DNA from: Paramecium tetraurelia
Taxonomy: Eukaryota
Direction of reading: 5' to 3'
Assembly: GCA_000165425.1 (NCBI GenBank)
Contig: CT868441.1
Coordinates: forward strand, 248,001 to 282,878
Length of the DNA stretch: 34,878 bases
The notes beneath the pieces were generated by a model. The model was not told the origin of the DNA. It did no database searches and saw only the letters and a program-made list of their open reading frames with translations. A program made the position numbers and the translations under genes. Below, in pieces: positions 21,704 to 33,521 of this stretch. The stretch's first letter is position 1. Each line of letters starts with the position of its first letter.

Positions 21704-24700
21704 TCACTTTAACTTATCTTACTCTTGTCCCAACTTCTCCGTAGTACCAAAAAAGTTGATGATGTGCATAAGATTTTCATATAGCTCTGGCAATTTGTCT
21801 TTAAAATGATCCTTAAAATTTTTCATACTCTCTTGCTTCTAAAGCAGTATAATCTTGTTATGATCGATAACATTTTTTATATAAACCTCGAAATTTTCTA
21901 ATTTGTCAGTCTTATCTTCATTTTCAACGATTTCAACATTAGGAAATAGTTCCTTGAGAATATTAGTAACATATTCTTTCTTTTCAATAAAGTCCTTCTC
22001 TTAATGTCTAGTAGTCTGTTAGTGTTTATCGCAATTTTAGCATCTAGTAATGTTGACATAGAATTTGCCTAAGTTCCAATTCTCTGGAACCTAAGGTAAG
22101 CTCAAATTTTCTAATTCATTATCTGGATCTAATTCAGGTGCCTAATATAGGAAATATTATATATATACAGGAATTTCTTCAATGTACATTTTTGACATTT
22201 GGACCACAAGTCTTACTTGCTTATCATTAATGTTGAATTCGACTATTTTTTCATTCTCCTCTAATTCTACCTCATGTCTCAACGTTATTTCACTTTATTC
22301 TTCCAAGTATAAAAATTGGTTTTCTATTTTAATCTCATTAAGTTTAGAATTATTAGTAAATATAAAAGTTAACTTTCTTTATAAAGTGAGATTCAATGAA
22401 CCAATAGATGCTCCAGACAAATAATCAAGAGGATATGTTTAGATAGAATCATTTTTCAATTTGACCTCTAATTTAGTTTCTTATTCATTTTTTTTTATTG
22501 AAATTTCGGACACTTCAACAGCATTAGACAATACAATATCTTGTTCTTCTTTTCCTGTTGATTTGACGATGATTTCCTTATAAGTATGTTTATATGATTC
22601 AATTTTTTGTGGTGGCTCAGGCTCACCTTTTTCTTATTTTTTTTTCTCCCTCAATTCCTTACTTTTCATAATACATTCCCTTAAAACAATCAGAAAGTGA
22701 TCATAGTGAATATATTTCTCTTTGTTAATCGTATAGACTACTTCCATTTATTCACATAATTCATCAAATTTCTCAATTGTTATACGTAGTAGCCCAACAA
22801 ATTGTATGTACCTCAGAAATTCTTTGTATGGCATCATATAATAGGGGGATAATTGTATCTTGGGTTTTATTACTTTATGAAATTTAGTAGGAGGCTATTC
22901 ATCATTCCTTTGAGGCTATAACAATTGTAATCCCAAACTTATATATTCATAAAGTTCAATAAATGGACTTAACAATTGCTTATAGGATAAGTTAGTTTAT
23001 AAGAATTTCTTTAGTTTATCTACAGAATACCTTCGACTCCATTAAGGCGGTTCTTGAATCTCCTCATGATTGGTCTCTTGAGTTTTCTTCTAATCAATAG
23101 CTTATTCATATTAAATAACTAAAGCAGCTGGAATAGTTCTATTATTAATAGTAACTGCTTGATTTTGGGGAGGAGATTTGGATCTGCTTCCTGATTTCTG
23201 AGGAGATTATTCATATTGCTATATTAAAAAGAATATTAGATCTCCGGCAGATAGGTAGGAGATGTTATCTTTCTTTTATCCCTATCTCCTACTCATCTTT
23301 TTAATTCCATTATATTTACAATAGAAAGTTTAGAATACTTCTTTAAATATATTGATTCTTTACAAATTCTCTGTGATTACCAAACAGTCTTTTAGTACTA
23401 GATGATGAGTTGTGTATTGTCCAAATGACAATTAAGCTTCTGGGAAAATTAAGGAAGTGGAAATAGAAACTTAGTCATCTCGAACTCCGTTTAAGCATAA
23501 CCCCATATCCATATATTAGCCAGATTCGTTTAAAATCAAAGCTAAAAATTAAAATTCCCCCAATTTAATCGGCAATTAAGATGTAACAGTCAGTGGATTT
23601 TATTATTTAGTATTTTTGGGGTGGTTGTTAGGAATAAAGGTACTATAAACTTATTTGCTATCTAAATAAACACCCATTTCTAGAAGTTTTTTATTTTCTG
23701 AACTAATTTTGAGAATAGGGATCATTTCTTTTGAAGTTGTTCTATCAATTTTAACCCAAAAACATATTGTAAGGTGTCCTTTAGATCTAGTAAAATTTAT
23801 ATCTGAAAACTTCAATTAGATTTCTTCATTAGGAGCATCCTTTGAAAATACTTTATCCTCAACAAAGACTTGCTAAAATGAATTATTCTTAAGAAGAGGA
23901 GCTTAAACTTTTTTGGGAATAATTTTCATGTTTTTGCATTAATCCTGCACTTGTTATTCTAAATTTTCATTTTATTGTTGAGCATCATCTAATTCCTATT
24001 ATAGTTAACGTATCTTTTCATCCTTCGCTTTGATTTATGCTAAATAGGTATCTTATTGCTAATCTAACTTATCTTTTAGCACTATATTTTAAGAATCACT
24101 ATTTTTCTTATCATTTTCTACTTTAGCATATTTATTTTTCCATTCTTTGAGTTCTTCAACTATTCTATTATACTAAAGTTAGAGTTCAATGTGTTAAGTT
24201 TCCAACAGATGCTTTTCTTAATAGATTGTATTAATTTAATTAGCAACCTCTTTTAATTCCTCATAATTCTATTTCTATTCTAACTCTACTTTTAATTTCT
24301 CTATTTCAATATTTAATAATTAGACTTCAGTCTTATCATTTTGGATATCTTCTATTTTTTGAAGTAGTTATTATTTCTCCTTCTAGAATTCGATAGCTTC
24401 CTATTCATACTAAGACAACAATTTCTTTAACTCTAATATTTGTTATTCCAATTCTACTTTTTCTGACTACAATTATCGTATCAGCTATGTATTTTTCTCA
24501 TTTTCATTCATCAACCTTTTTAATTTATCTGATAGATCTTTGTCTTAATCCTGAAAGTCTTACAACTTATCTTGCAATTTTTTTATCTCCTCATCTTTTC
24601 CTTAAATAACCTTCTATTACTATAGCATTTCCTTTTGATGCTAAGCCTTTAAATCTTCAATTTCCTATTTCAACTTATTGATTTCTGAATACAAAGAAAA

Positions 24701-26480
24701 TGTTTTCTTGATCTCCTCCTCTAATTATTGTCTAAAATGATCTTAACTTTCATTTGCCTATGCAATCTATTCATATAACCTCTCCAATTTTCTATCTTAA
24801 TCTTGCTTCTCCCATTTCAAACCCTCCAATTCCTTCTTCATTTCAAATGCCTATTATTTAAGATCAGAAATCTCATTATCTTATTAATCAATTCTCTCCA
24901 TCAATGGAAGTACGTTCTTTTGAGATATCCTCATTTTATTATTCTGCGTATTCTAAATCTTAGTCTTTCTCTTAGACCTCCTTAGTCAATCTGAGTATTT
25001 CTACAGAATTGGCTTATATAGTTTATAGCTACCTTTCATTTAAGCCTGACAACTCTTTAGATTTGGCTACTGCCTACTCTACCTCTTGTTCTTTCTATTA
25101 AACCAATAAATCAACTTATTGTAATTGGATTTCCAACTAATTCAGATCCCTTTTGTATTACACACTCTACTTCTCCAACTCCTTATACTTCTTCTACCAT
25201 CCTTTTTCTAGCTCTTCCTTCTCTTACCTAGCTACATCATCAAAATTCTTCAATTAAGTTTCTAACAAATTGAGTTTATTCTACAATGATCAACCATAAT
25301 TTACATTCAATTGTTTATTTTTTTTCTCTTGCTCTTCAATTTCTTCTACTCTCTATTGAATGACCTTCTTTTACTTGACAATTTCATCTTACAAATTCTA
25401 AACCTTATTCACTCTTGTGTCCAATAACTCAGCATGCAATTATTTGGATCTCCTTTGTTCCTCCTCCAACTTCTCTTGTCTTAATCCTCATCTCTTATAA
25501 TAAGATCGCATTTTCACTATCAAGGCGTTACAACTTCTTATGTAATTGCTAGATATAGGTTTCTTTCTCCTTCAAAGTTTCTTCCAATTTGGTAATCCTG
25601 ATTTTAAATTATTCATCATGAGTGTTGCATTTCCTTTGCCAATCCTAAACTTCCAATTGTTTCTCCCTCAACCTTCTGTTATTTTATTCCAAGGATTCGT
25701 TCGACATCTACAACTTATGTAATGCATCATGAAGATCATTTTCGATTCCTTGCATTTTTAACAGTTTTTCATAAATCTCCTAATACTTAGATTACCAATC
25801 ATCTCTCTGCATCCCCAACATATCTATTTCCTCCCTCATCTATTGTTAATCCTTCTCTAATTCATTTTTTAACTATTACAATTGTAATAACTTCGATATC
25901 AATCCTTCACTATTATAATTCTTGACCATCCAAATAACACTCTCCAATTCCTCCTTGGCCTTAATAGTCAATAACTCACTCGCTTCCTTTAAATGGTTAG
26001 AATAATACACATTACCAATTTTGCAATAAGATTTTTAACTTAAATTTCAAAGTGGCAATGATGATTGGGTCCCAAAAGTGATTTGATTCCTCCTATAGAG
26101 TCTAGATGAACCAAACTATCGTTTTCTTCATTTTTAGTATTTGCCTGTTTTGAATCATTGCTTGAATAATTTGCAATACTACTTCTTTTTTTCTCTTGTA
26201 CGTAGCGAAGGAAATGTTGTTCCCATTATTTGAGACCTCTTATAGAATCCTCCTCCTGATGTTTCTTTAGTAGTTTTGAGAAAGGTCTGCTATTGAGGTT
26301 TCAAATTGAAGAGTTTAAGTGATTGGCCACCACTTTTGATTCGACGCACTTTGATATTATTGTATTTGTACTATTTCTTCTCTGGGAGTCCTAAGTGGGG
26401 GAGAGACTTCTCTCTCCGTACTTCCTACTCAGAGAATCTACCTGTTCGGATATTGAATCTATCTTTTCTTGAGTATTCAT
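21704..26480 (-). CDS. Very large protein: long coiled coil + LamG/ConA-like beta domain + C-terminal Rdx/thioredoxin-like CxxC domain; frame breaks near 24906 and 25486; 5' end uncertain (in-frame TGA at 26301-26303)
   Basis: E/Q/K heptad region ~23940-25900; HLTICFWVKID..FQFLALIL..MGLCLNG..LSFG (~23420-23790); FYVNITRCQNCDKHQQTTRHQE..LKELFPN..ENFEVYI (~21880-22065). Stop TGA at 21704-21706. Confidence 0.72.
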
Positions 26481-26596
26481 TATTAATAAAATAAAACTGT
26501 GTTATTGTTTATGTGGAAAAAAGAAAGAAAGTAAAGATTATTGCAAAATAATACTTGATTAACACATATAAATTAAAATATATTGAACCTAATTAA

Positions 26597-27605
26597 ATGC
26601 AAGGGATTCTTATACAGTAGTAATAATTCACTTAGCAATTGATACGGATCATTTCCAAAGAGTTTGAGCCATCAGAAGGACTGGAATTAGAATTGAAACA
26701 TGTGATGGAGTCTTTCTTTATAGAAATCAAACAACTGGAATATGAAATGAAAGAATCCATTGGTAAGTATTGTAATAATTGTGCAAAGTACAAGTAAAAT
26801 AGCTAATCATACTAGATAATCAATTATTGATGAATTTCACGATGCATAGCATGATTAATGGAAACACCGTTATGATGAACTCAACACCGAGTTTCTCATC
26901 CTCAAAGCTTGCAATCAACAAATTGAATTGCAGAAAGCAGAACTCTAATAGAAGTTAATCGATTAACGGACTAAATACGAAGAATTAAATAGATAAAAAA
27001 AAGAAGACAAGGATAATTATCGTCAATAATATGAGGCTCTCAAAAAGAAAGCCCAAGACAAGATTCATAGATTAAAGGACAAGGTCGTCCTCTTCCAAAC
27101 TTAACTCCAAACCTACGCCATCGAAAGCGAACATCTTAGAATTATTGCCTCAGAAGACAAATTAAATTCTCCCCAAATGCCTACCACCATCAAATTCAAA
27201 TTAAAAGCAATCCTCAAAGAAGTCCAGCAATTACGCAATCTATCCAATTCACTCCTCCTAGAAAATTCGAAAATCATCATGCAAGCCAAAGAACAATTAT
27301 AAATCCTGAATTTCAAAAAGGATATTCAAGGCACAATCATCAGAAGAAACAATACACCACCAGAACCTGCCAAAATCAAGTAATACTATTCTCAAAGTTA
27401 ATCCATACAAAATAGCCCAGATCGAAAACTCAAAACTGAAAAACCAAATATGATAAGGAAATTAAATGTTACGAGATCATCAATAAGTAAGAATTTATTA
27501 GCAGAATTTGATGCCTCTGCTCAAATTACTAAGTTTATAAAATAATACTACAATGCAGATTAATAATTAAGGAACAGTACAGGTTTTCACACTAAATTGT
27601 TTTGA
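26597..27605 (+). CDS. Hypothetical coiled-coil protein
   Basis: ATG at 26597. A 22-nt intron 26794-26815 restores the frame. Heptad-rich QWKHRYDELNTEFLILKACNQQIELQKAEL.. TGA at 27603-27605. Confidence 0.75.
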
Positions 27606-27763
27606 TAATTAAATTACGATTAAATACTTTAATTATTAATCTCATTATTTTTCACTCTTTTCAAATCTATACTCTTAATAAGCTAATGATATTTTAAGCA
27701 AACAATCTCTTATTTTATTGAATTTCAAAAATAAAATTCATTTCCAACTAATTGTCCACACTT

Positions 27764-28214
27764 TCATAATTATATTACTTATCTTGTTTGAGAGAGATAT
27801 CGACAATTGTTCTATGTTAACTGGTATTACAGAATATCAATTCTATTTCCAAACTCTTTTTTAATACCATATCCCCAACAATCTAGATTTGTAATGAAAG
27901 TTGAAATATTCTTAAACAATTGTCTTAAAAGGATAATAATGAGACATAATTATCATGTCCTACTTTTCCAAAATAGTTTCGAATGCTTTAAAAGGACTCA
28001 ATTCTCCAATGGCTTTGAACATTTTCCCTAATAACATATTATCGAAATATATCTCGAATAATAATAAACTTCATAGGACTTCCATAATTTTTGATTCAAT
28101 AACTTTTACATCCTAAAATTGCAATAATTTAAGAATGAGATTGTTATTGCATAAACTATTAATTTGCATTATTTAGTTATGGTGCCTTTTCATACAATCA
28201 TATATTATTCTCAT
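27764..28214 (-). pseudogene. Probable decayed gene (in-frame TGA inside an otherwise open frame)
   Basis: The frame from ATG 28214/28193 reads ..DVKVIESKIMEVL*SLLLFEIYFDNMLLGKMFKAIGELSPFKAFETILEKQ.., with TGA at 28071-28073 and 27764-27766. Confidence 0.4.
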
Positions 28215-28273
28215 TATTCTTAAATAAATATCTCAAAACATCTGGAAACTAATAAATAAATTAAATAATAAAA

Positions 28274-29228
28274 ATGCAACCTCCTGAAGAAGTATCCATC
28301 TAATTAATCATTAGAAACCAAAAGAAGAAGGAGAATAAAAGCCAAAAGAAGAATAGTAACCGTAGTAACCACCACAACAGTAGGAAAAGCCTCCTGCTAA
28401 GAATTACTTAGACTTATCTAACAAGCCAATTCCCCCCAATGCCACTGTGATCCAATTTGAAGTTTGCATCAATTGCTCAAAATCTCATTCGTTTTGTACT
28501 CAGCATGACGAACTACGATATGCGAAATTATATCATGAGTTTAAGGAAGGTAACTTCAGTTATTACTATATCCCTTAGCTGTTGAAGCTGGAATTCCAAA
28601 TTCGTTTTGTGTAGTAAACCATGCAATTTAGAAACCTTCGATTGGAGCATTTGAAATCACTCATTAAAGTAATGCATTAATTTCTAATGTAGATAAAATA
28701 ATTTACTCTAAAAAGAATTCAGGATTGTTTCCTGCTGTAGCACCAACAGTGGAAAGAATCAAAAGATTCCTTGATGATCTATAAAATGGAAAGGATGTTA
28801 AAGGCTATGCTACAACTAAGGAAAAGAAGCTGGAGAAACCTATTGAAAAGAAGTCAAAACCTACATTTTAAGCTTACATAAAAATGAAGGAGGAAGAATT
28901 TGCAAGATAGGAAGCAATTAGAGAAGAAAACGAGAGAAAGAGAAAGGAGCAAGAAGAGAAGGAAGAGAAAGAAAGATAGGAGAGAGAGAGAATTGAAGCA
29001 GAGAATAAGAGGATTGCAGAAGAGGAAGCTGCAAAGAAAGCCGAAGAGGAGAGATTGAAAAAGGAAGAAGAAGATAAAATTAAAGCTGAGGAAGAAAAAA
29101 AGAAGGCTGAAGAAGCTGCAAAAAATCCTTAAAATTAAGAAGGGGGTGAAAAACCTCAAGAACAACCTTAAGGTGAGAAGCCAGCTGAAAAACCAGCTGA
29201 AAAACCAGCTGAGAAACCAGCTTAATGA
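28274..29228 (+). CDS. Rdx-family (SelW/SelT/SelH-like, Cys-only) protein with a P/Q-rich N-terminus, an E/K/R-rich helical tail and EKPA repeats
   Basis: IQFEVCINC..RYAKLYHEFKEAV..PSIGAFEITHQNKIIYSKKNSGLFP. Introns 28292-28314, 28550-28578 and 28669-28692. TGA at 29226-29228. Confidence 0.85.
29175..29222 (+). repeat. 12-bp coding tandem repeat (EKPA x4)
   Basis: gagaagccagct gaaaaaccagct gaaaaaccagct gagaaaccagct. Confidence 0.85.
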
Positions 29229-29291
29229 ATTATTCAAATAAATAAATAAGCAGATATAAATCTATATTTATGTATTTTTATAATACTCGTA

Positions 29292-31889
29292 TCATAATCT
29301 ATCTGTAGAGATCGCACTAACCTTAATACCATCTTACAATGAAATGACATAAACTCTGTAAGTCTTATTTCTGTATTTAATATCTTCAGCAGCAAAAATT
29401 GGTTAATTTGTGACTTTAGAGAGTTAGCCATCTTTGAATGCTTATTTCAAAATTTGGTTTTGTAATATGGTTTATGAAATAACAGATAAACTGTCTCTTT
29501 ATTTCAGATTTTTGAAATAAATTGGAATATGAGGATATGGACTTTGACATGGCAATGCTGATTAATGAGCAAGTCCAGCAATCAAACCATCAAAACTTAC
29601 AAATAAAGTCTTAATAAATATTTCTGCTTCTTTGTCTTACACGAAGTCTTTGAAATAGGGTAATTATCGAACACTTTAATCATTTTAGCTGATGGTTAGT
29701 AACTCTAATTTGAGTTCTTTTTCAGGGATGAAATGTTATTCTCCATTTTCAAAGGTTTACTTTTAAAATATGTTAACAATTTTATGGTAAGTTTCATCAT
29801 TTTTAAAATGAGAATTGCCTGCATTCTAAATAATAATTAAATTTATTTACTAAACAATCTAAAATCCACTTATTTATTCTATCTTTGATATTGTAACCTC
29901 CTTTGAGTTAGAAACTAAGTGAGTTTGGTAAATAGGTTGGATCATATTATACATGCTTTTCTTTTTTAGGTAATTTGGTTTTCTTTTCATGAATTACAAC
30001 ATCTTCGCTTTCCTTTCTTACAACATCGTCTACCTTTATCGGTTAATGCTTGGTAATTTTTGTGACTTTGGGAAATAGTTAATGAATAATATTCTTGATT
30101 TCTTCGTCATAAGTTTCATCACTTTAATTTTAAAGATGAAGTTCTTTCAGACTCTTGAAGAGTTAATTCAAGTTCTTTTTTGACTCATTCGAAAATACAT
30201 TCAATAAATCATCCTCAATATATTAGTGATCAATCTTTATCTCTTCATTAACAAATGGAAATTCAATAACTCCATTTACTTGTAGTTAACTAACTCTGAA
30301 ATTTTCAAAACTCTTGGCCTTCTTTACAAAGAATTGAACTTTCTCAATTGTAGTGCAAGTCCTTTTCATGGCAGTTACAATCAATTCATATGAAAATGGC
30401 AAACTCAATTAATTAAATGACTTTTTTGTATGTGGATATAGGATGATTTTATTGTAAAACTAACTACATTTTGATAGAATGGATTGTGCTTCTTCAGGGG
30501 TGTGATTATGTTCGAGTATTATAACATAATTGTCTCTGATTTTAGCATCTTGGATGTCACTAACAATTTGAGTTTGATCATAGAATGATTGGAAGGTTCT
30601 GGCAAATGTTGATACTCCAACTCCATTAACACCCACAGGGATAATTAAAAATACATTTTCGGGGTTCTTTTAGAGATCTTCGCCAGTGTATACTGGTATT
30701 CTTGTTAAAGAACTTGGTTGATAGGAGGACCACAAGACTCTATATTCTTTTATTGATTTTAATTAATTCCATTTAAAAGTCTAGTTATTAAAAATGTTGT
30801 GTAAGATAATTGTGATGAAGTCATTAAAGTTGAATTTAATAGTTTTTTCTATTTTATTATTAGATTCCAATATTTTAAGGCCTTGTTCCTATATGCTCTA
30901 ATAAAACTTGAATGGTCTAGGTGGTTTAACTTACAATGACTTTACAAATTATTTGAAATCTCTCTCAATATGTTATTCGTTCAATAACATTGATTAAATG
31001 TGTTTGTAGATTAAATACTCTGCTGTGTGTACAACATAGTATTGATCATTGAAGTACAAGATAGCTCCAGCTGATTCTAATTCAATATCACTTCTTTGAA
31101 TTCTCTCTACATGTTTTTAGAGTAATTTTAATTGCAATTTGAATTAGGATGTCTTTGGATGTGGAAATCCATAGAAGCAAAACAATTATTGGGCTTATTC
31201 GAAATTCACATCGACAATGCCAATAAATTATAGAATGTTATCAGGATGATAGATCAGAGACTCCTGATTAATGATGTGACCATATACGGTTCGATTGTGT
31301 AGATCAAATTTCAAATATTTAATTTTTTCTTGGCTGACTAGAATAAGGATATTGGCTTACATTCGTCCAAAATATTAAACCACAACTCAGCCACTTCGAC
31401 TGCTTAATCAAATCTCTAGAATTGAAATTCAGACAAATCTTTAGATGCCTAGGCCACTATTGTGAGATTGTCGCAATAGATTAACCAAGCATCAATTTCC
31501 TACTAATATCCAATCTTAAATAATTAACCTCCTGGGTAGGTCTGACTATATACAGTTTACTTATTTAGATATGATTATCTTACAATTAGTTTGCTTTCGA
31601 TTGAGTCCTTGATTATTTAATCCAGATTTGATTTAGTGGGAAATTAGACATCTTAGAAACCTACGATGGAATTAGGACATATTACCCCATAAAGTCTTGA
31701 CTAGCTGATTCTGGTCATTGAATATTTGTAGGACTGTCTTATGATGATGAATCTATAATGAATGATTTCTTATTTTACCTAATATTTTACATCATAAATC
31801 ACAAGATTTTCTATAAACAATTTGTTTTAATCATGAATCTGTTGATCTTGATCATTACAATAGTGCAAACTAAATTATTAATGATTCAT
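29292..31889 (-). CDS. Trl1/tRNA-ligase-like tri-domain protein (RNA ligase - P-loop kinase - 2H phosphoesterase) with degenerate catalytic motifs
   Basis: Intact frame after four introns (26, 25, 23, 25 nt). Ligase scaffold QTYPGGQLFKIGY / WLIYCDN / AELWFNIL / RTVYGHI / ESAGAILYF / YVVHTAEY; P-loop LIIPVGVNGVGVST; CPD-like PYPHIPIY. TGA at 29292-29294. Confidence 0.7.
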
Positions 31890-31985
31890 ATTATACAATT
31901 CGTATGGATCATTGCTTTGATATTAGGACATTAATCAATATTAAATATTAAATTTATTTGTAGTATCAAAAATTAATGTTTGTCT

Positions 31986-32506
31986 TCACTTACGAAGTTT
32001 GGAAATCTTGAGAAAACTATCATTTATTTTGTTGTTCAATTCTTCGTTAATATTCAAAGTTTTCATTCTCTCGCATAATTATCTGAAATAATATTATCTG
32101 TTATTTACGCAATTGCATTTATTGAGTTGTTCTCTAAAAATGCAGATTATAGTGGCAACTTCTCTATCTCCAGAAAACTTAGCAATTCTTACATTGAATT
32201 ACTCTACTCACTAATAAATCCTTAATTCTTCCAATTGATCTCTGAAATCTCAGACAAGGAATCACTGGTTTCCAATTCGAAAATTGCATGAGCCATTCCG
32301 TCTTTTGAATATTTCAATGCCTGAAATAAATTGGAAAAAAACTATTTGCACATCATTATCATTTCATACTTCTTTCACTTCAATTGGTTCTTACTACCAT
32401 AACTTGCTAAAATTCTTTTTGTCTGGATCCTTTTAAGAAAAATATCCTTAATTACATTGAGACTCTATTTGTACAATACGATCACTGGAGGAGGGTTTGA
32501 GTTCAT
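31986..32506 (-). CDS. Small protein with a truncated HMG-box-like N-terminus
   Basis: MNSNPPPVIVLYKQSLN-DPDKKNFSKLWQQEPIEVKE-FFSNLF after a 26-nt and a 28-nt intron. The 3' end is ambiguous (TGA at 31986, or 32020 if a third intron is spliced). Confidence 0.6.
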
Positions 32507-32773
32507 TTAATTTTATAATAAAACAAATATTTAATTACATATAAACCATTCATAACTCATTAATTCAAAACGATCACAAGCATGATTAAAATTTTACACA
32601 AATTTAATTACAAACACACCTGAGATTACTCAGAGTGATAACTCAGAAATTCATTAAAGGATTTAATTTTATAATTGAAAAAAATCCATTCCTCCACTTC
32701 AATTGATTTTTAAAAATACTAAATGTAAAACATATAAACAAATAAAGTGAAAATCAGAATCTGTTATTCTTCC

Positions 32774-33521
32774 TCATAAAGTTTAACCATACTTTTCATT
32801 CAACAAGATCTTAATTTTGAAGTAATCACTATGAGTCCACTCCCTCTTAGTTTCAGATTTCTCTAACATTTTAACAGCCTAAATTATATGTTTAAAATTG
32901 TACCTGTTTCCAAGTAACAAATCTCCCCTTTATTCTCAGTCTCTCCTCAGCCACCTTCTATCTGATATGGTAATGGACTTTTTTTCCAAAAGTTCTATTA
33001 TGCTTCTTCTCCAAGTATTTCTTTACTTTCAGTTTCCTTTACATTTCCTTTTGATTGGCTTTGGTATTGCACATTTATTAAACCCAATTTTCGAATCTTA
33101 ATGTTTATGGATCATCCAAAATCTTATAATCTAAACCTACTTTTATTCTTTGTAAGTCGTCTTGATTGATAAAATTCAAAATGAAGTTCTCCTGAGAAGT
33201 ACTCGGGTAGTATTTCATATCTAAGTTGAACAAATGTTGATCAGCATTGATTGGAGGGGGAAGTTCTTTTGAAGGACATTTTGGAGAGGGAAGGTGTTCT
33301 AAAGAATTGTCTGAGTGTTCAGAAGACTCGGTCTCCTCTGCCGTTGAGCATTCGTGGTTGTTCTTGAGGTTAAGCTCCTCATTTTCAACGAAGTAGCTTG
33401 TTTTTTTGAACAAGCCAAGTTAATGTTATGTGAAGATGTTCACATTGGATTCTTCGTCATAAAAACTGTTGTTTTGAACGTGTTCGAACTCTGAAATTGT
33501 ATCGTATTAGACTTATAACAT
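32774..33521 (-). CDS. CCT-motif (CONSTANS/CO-like/TOC1) protein
   Basis: RKLKVKKYLEKKHNRTFGKKVHYHIRQKVAEERLRIKGRFVT matches the CCT consensus R..RY.EK...R.F.K.IRY..RK..AE.R.R.KGRF. Acidic/Ser-rich N-terminus. 25-nt intron 32879-32903. Confidence 0.88.

Noticed and set aside
5850..25487. Systematic sense-strand G-deletion RNA editing
   Set aside because: Four breaks fit an extra sense G, but the one at 24906 needs removal of a non-G sense base (C or A). Sequencing error is more parsimonious.
28274..29228. Selenoprotein
   Set aside because: The motif is CxxC with no in-frame TGA, and no SECIS is evident in the short 3' gap
28854..29237. 127-aa F/L/S-rich 'membrane protein' on the minus strand
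   Set aside because: Antisense shadow of the E/K/R-rich tail of the Rdx-like gene
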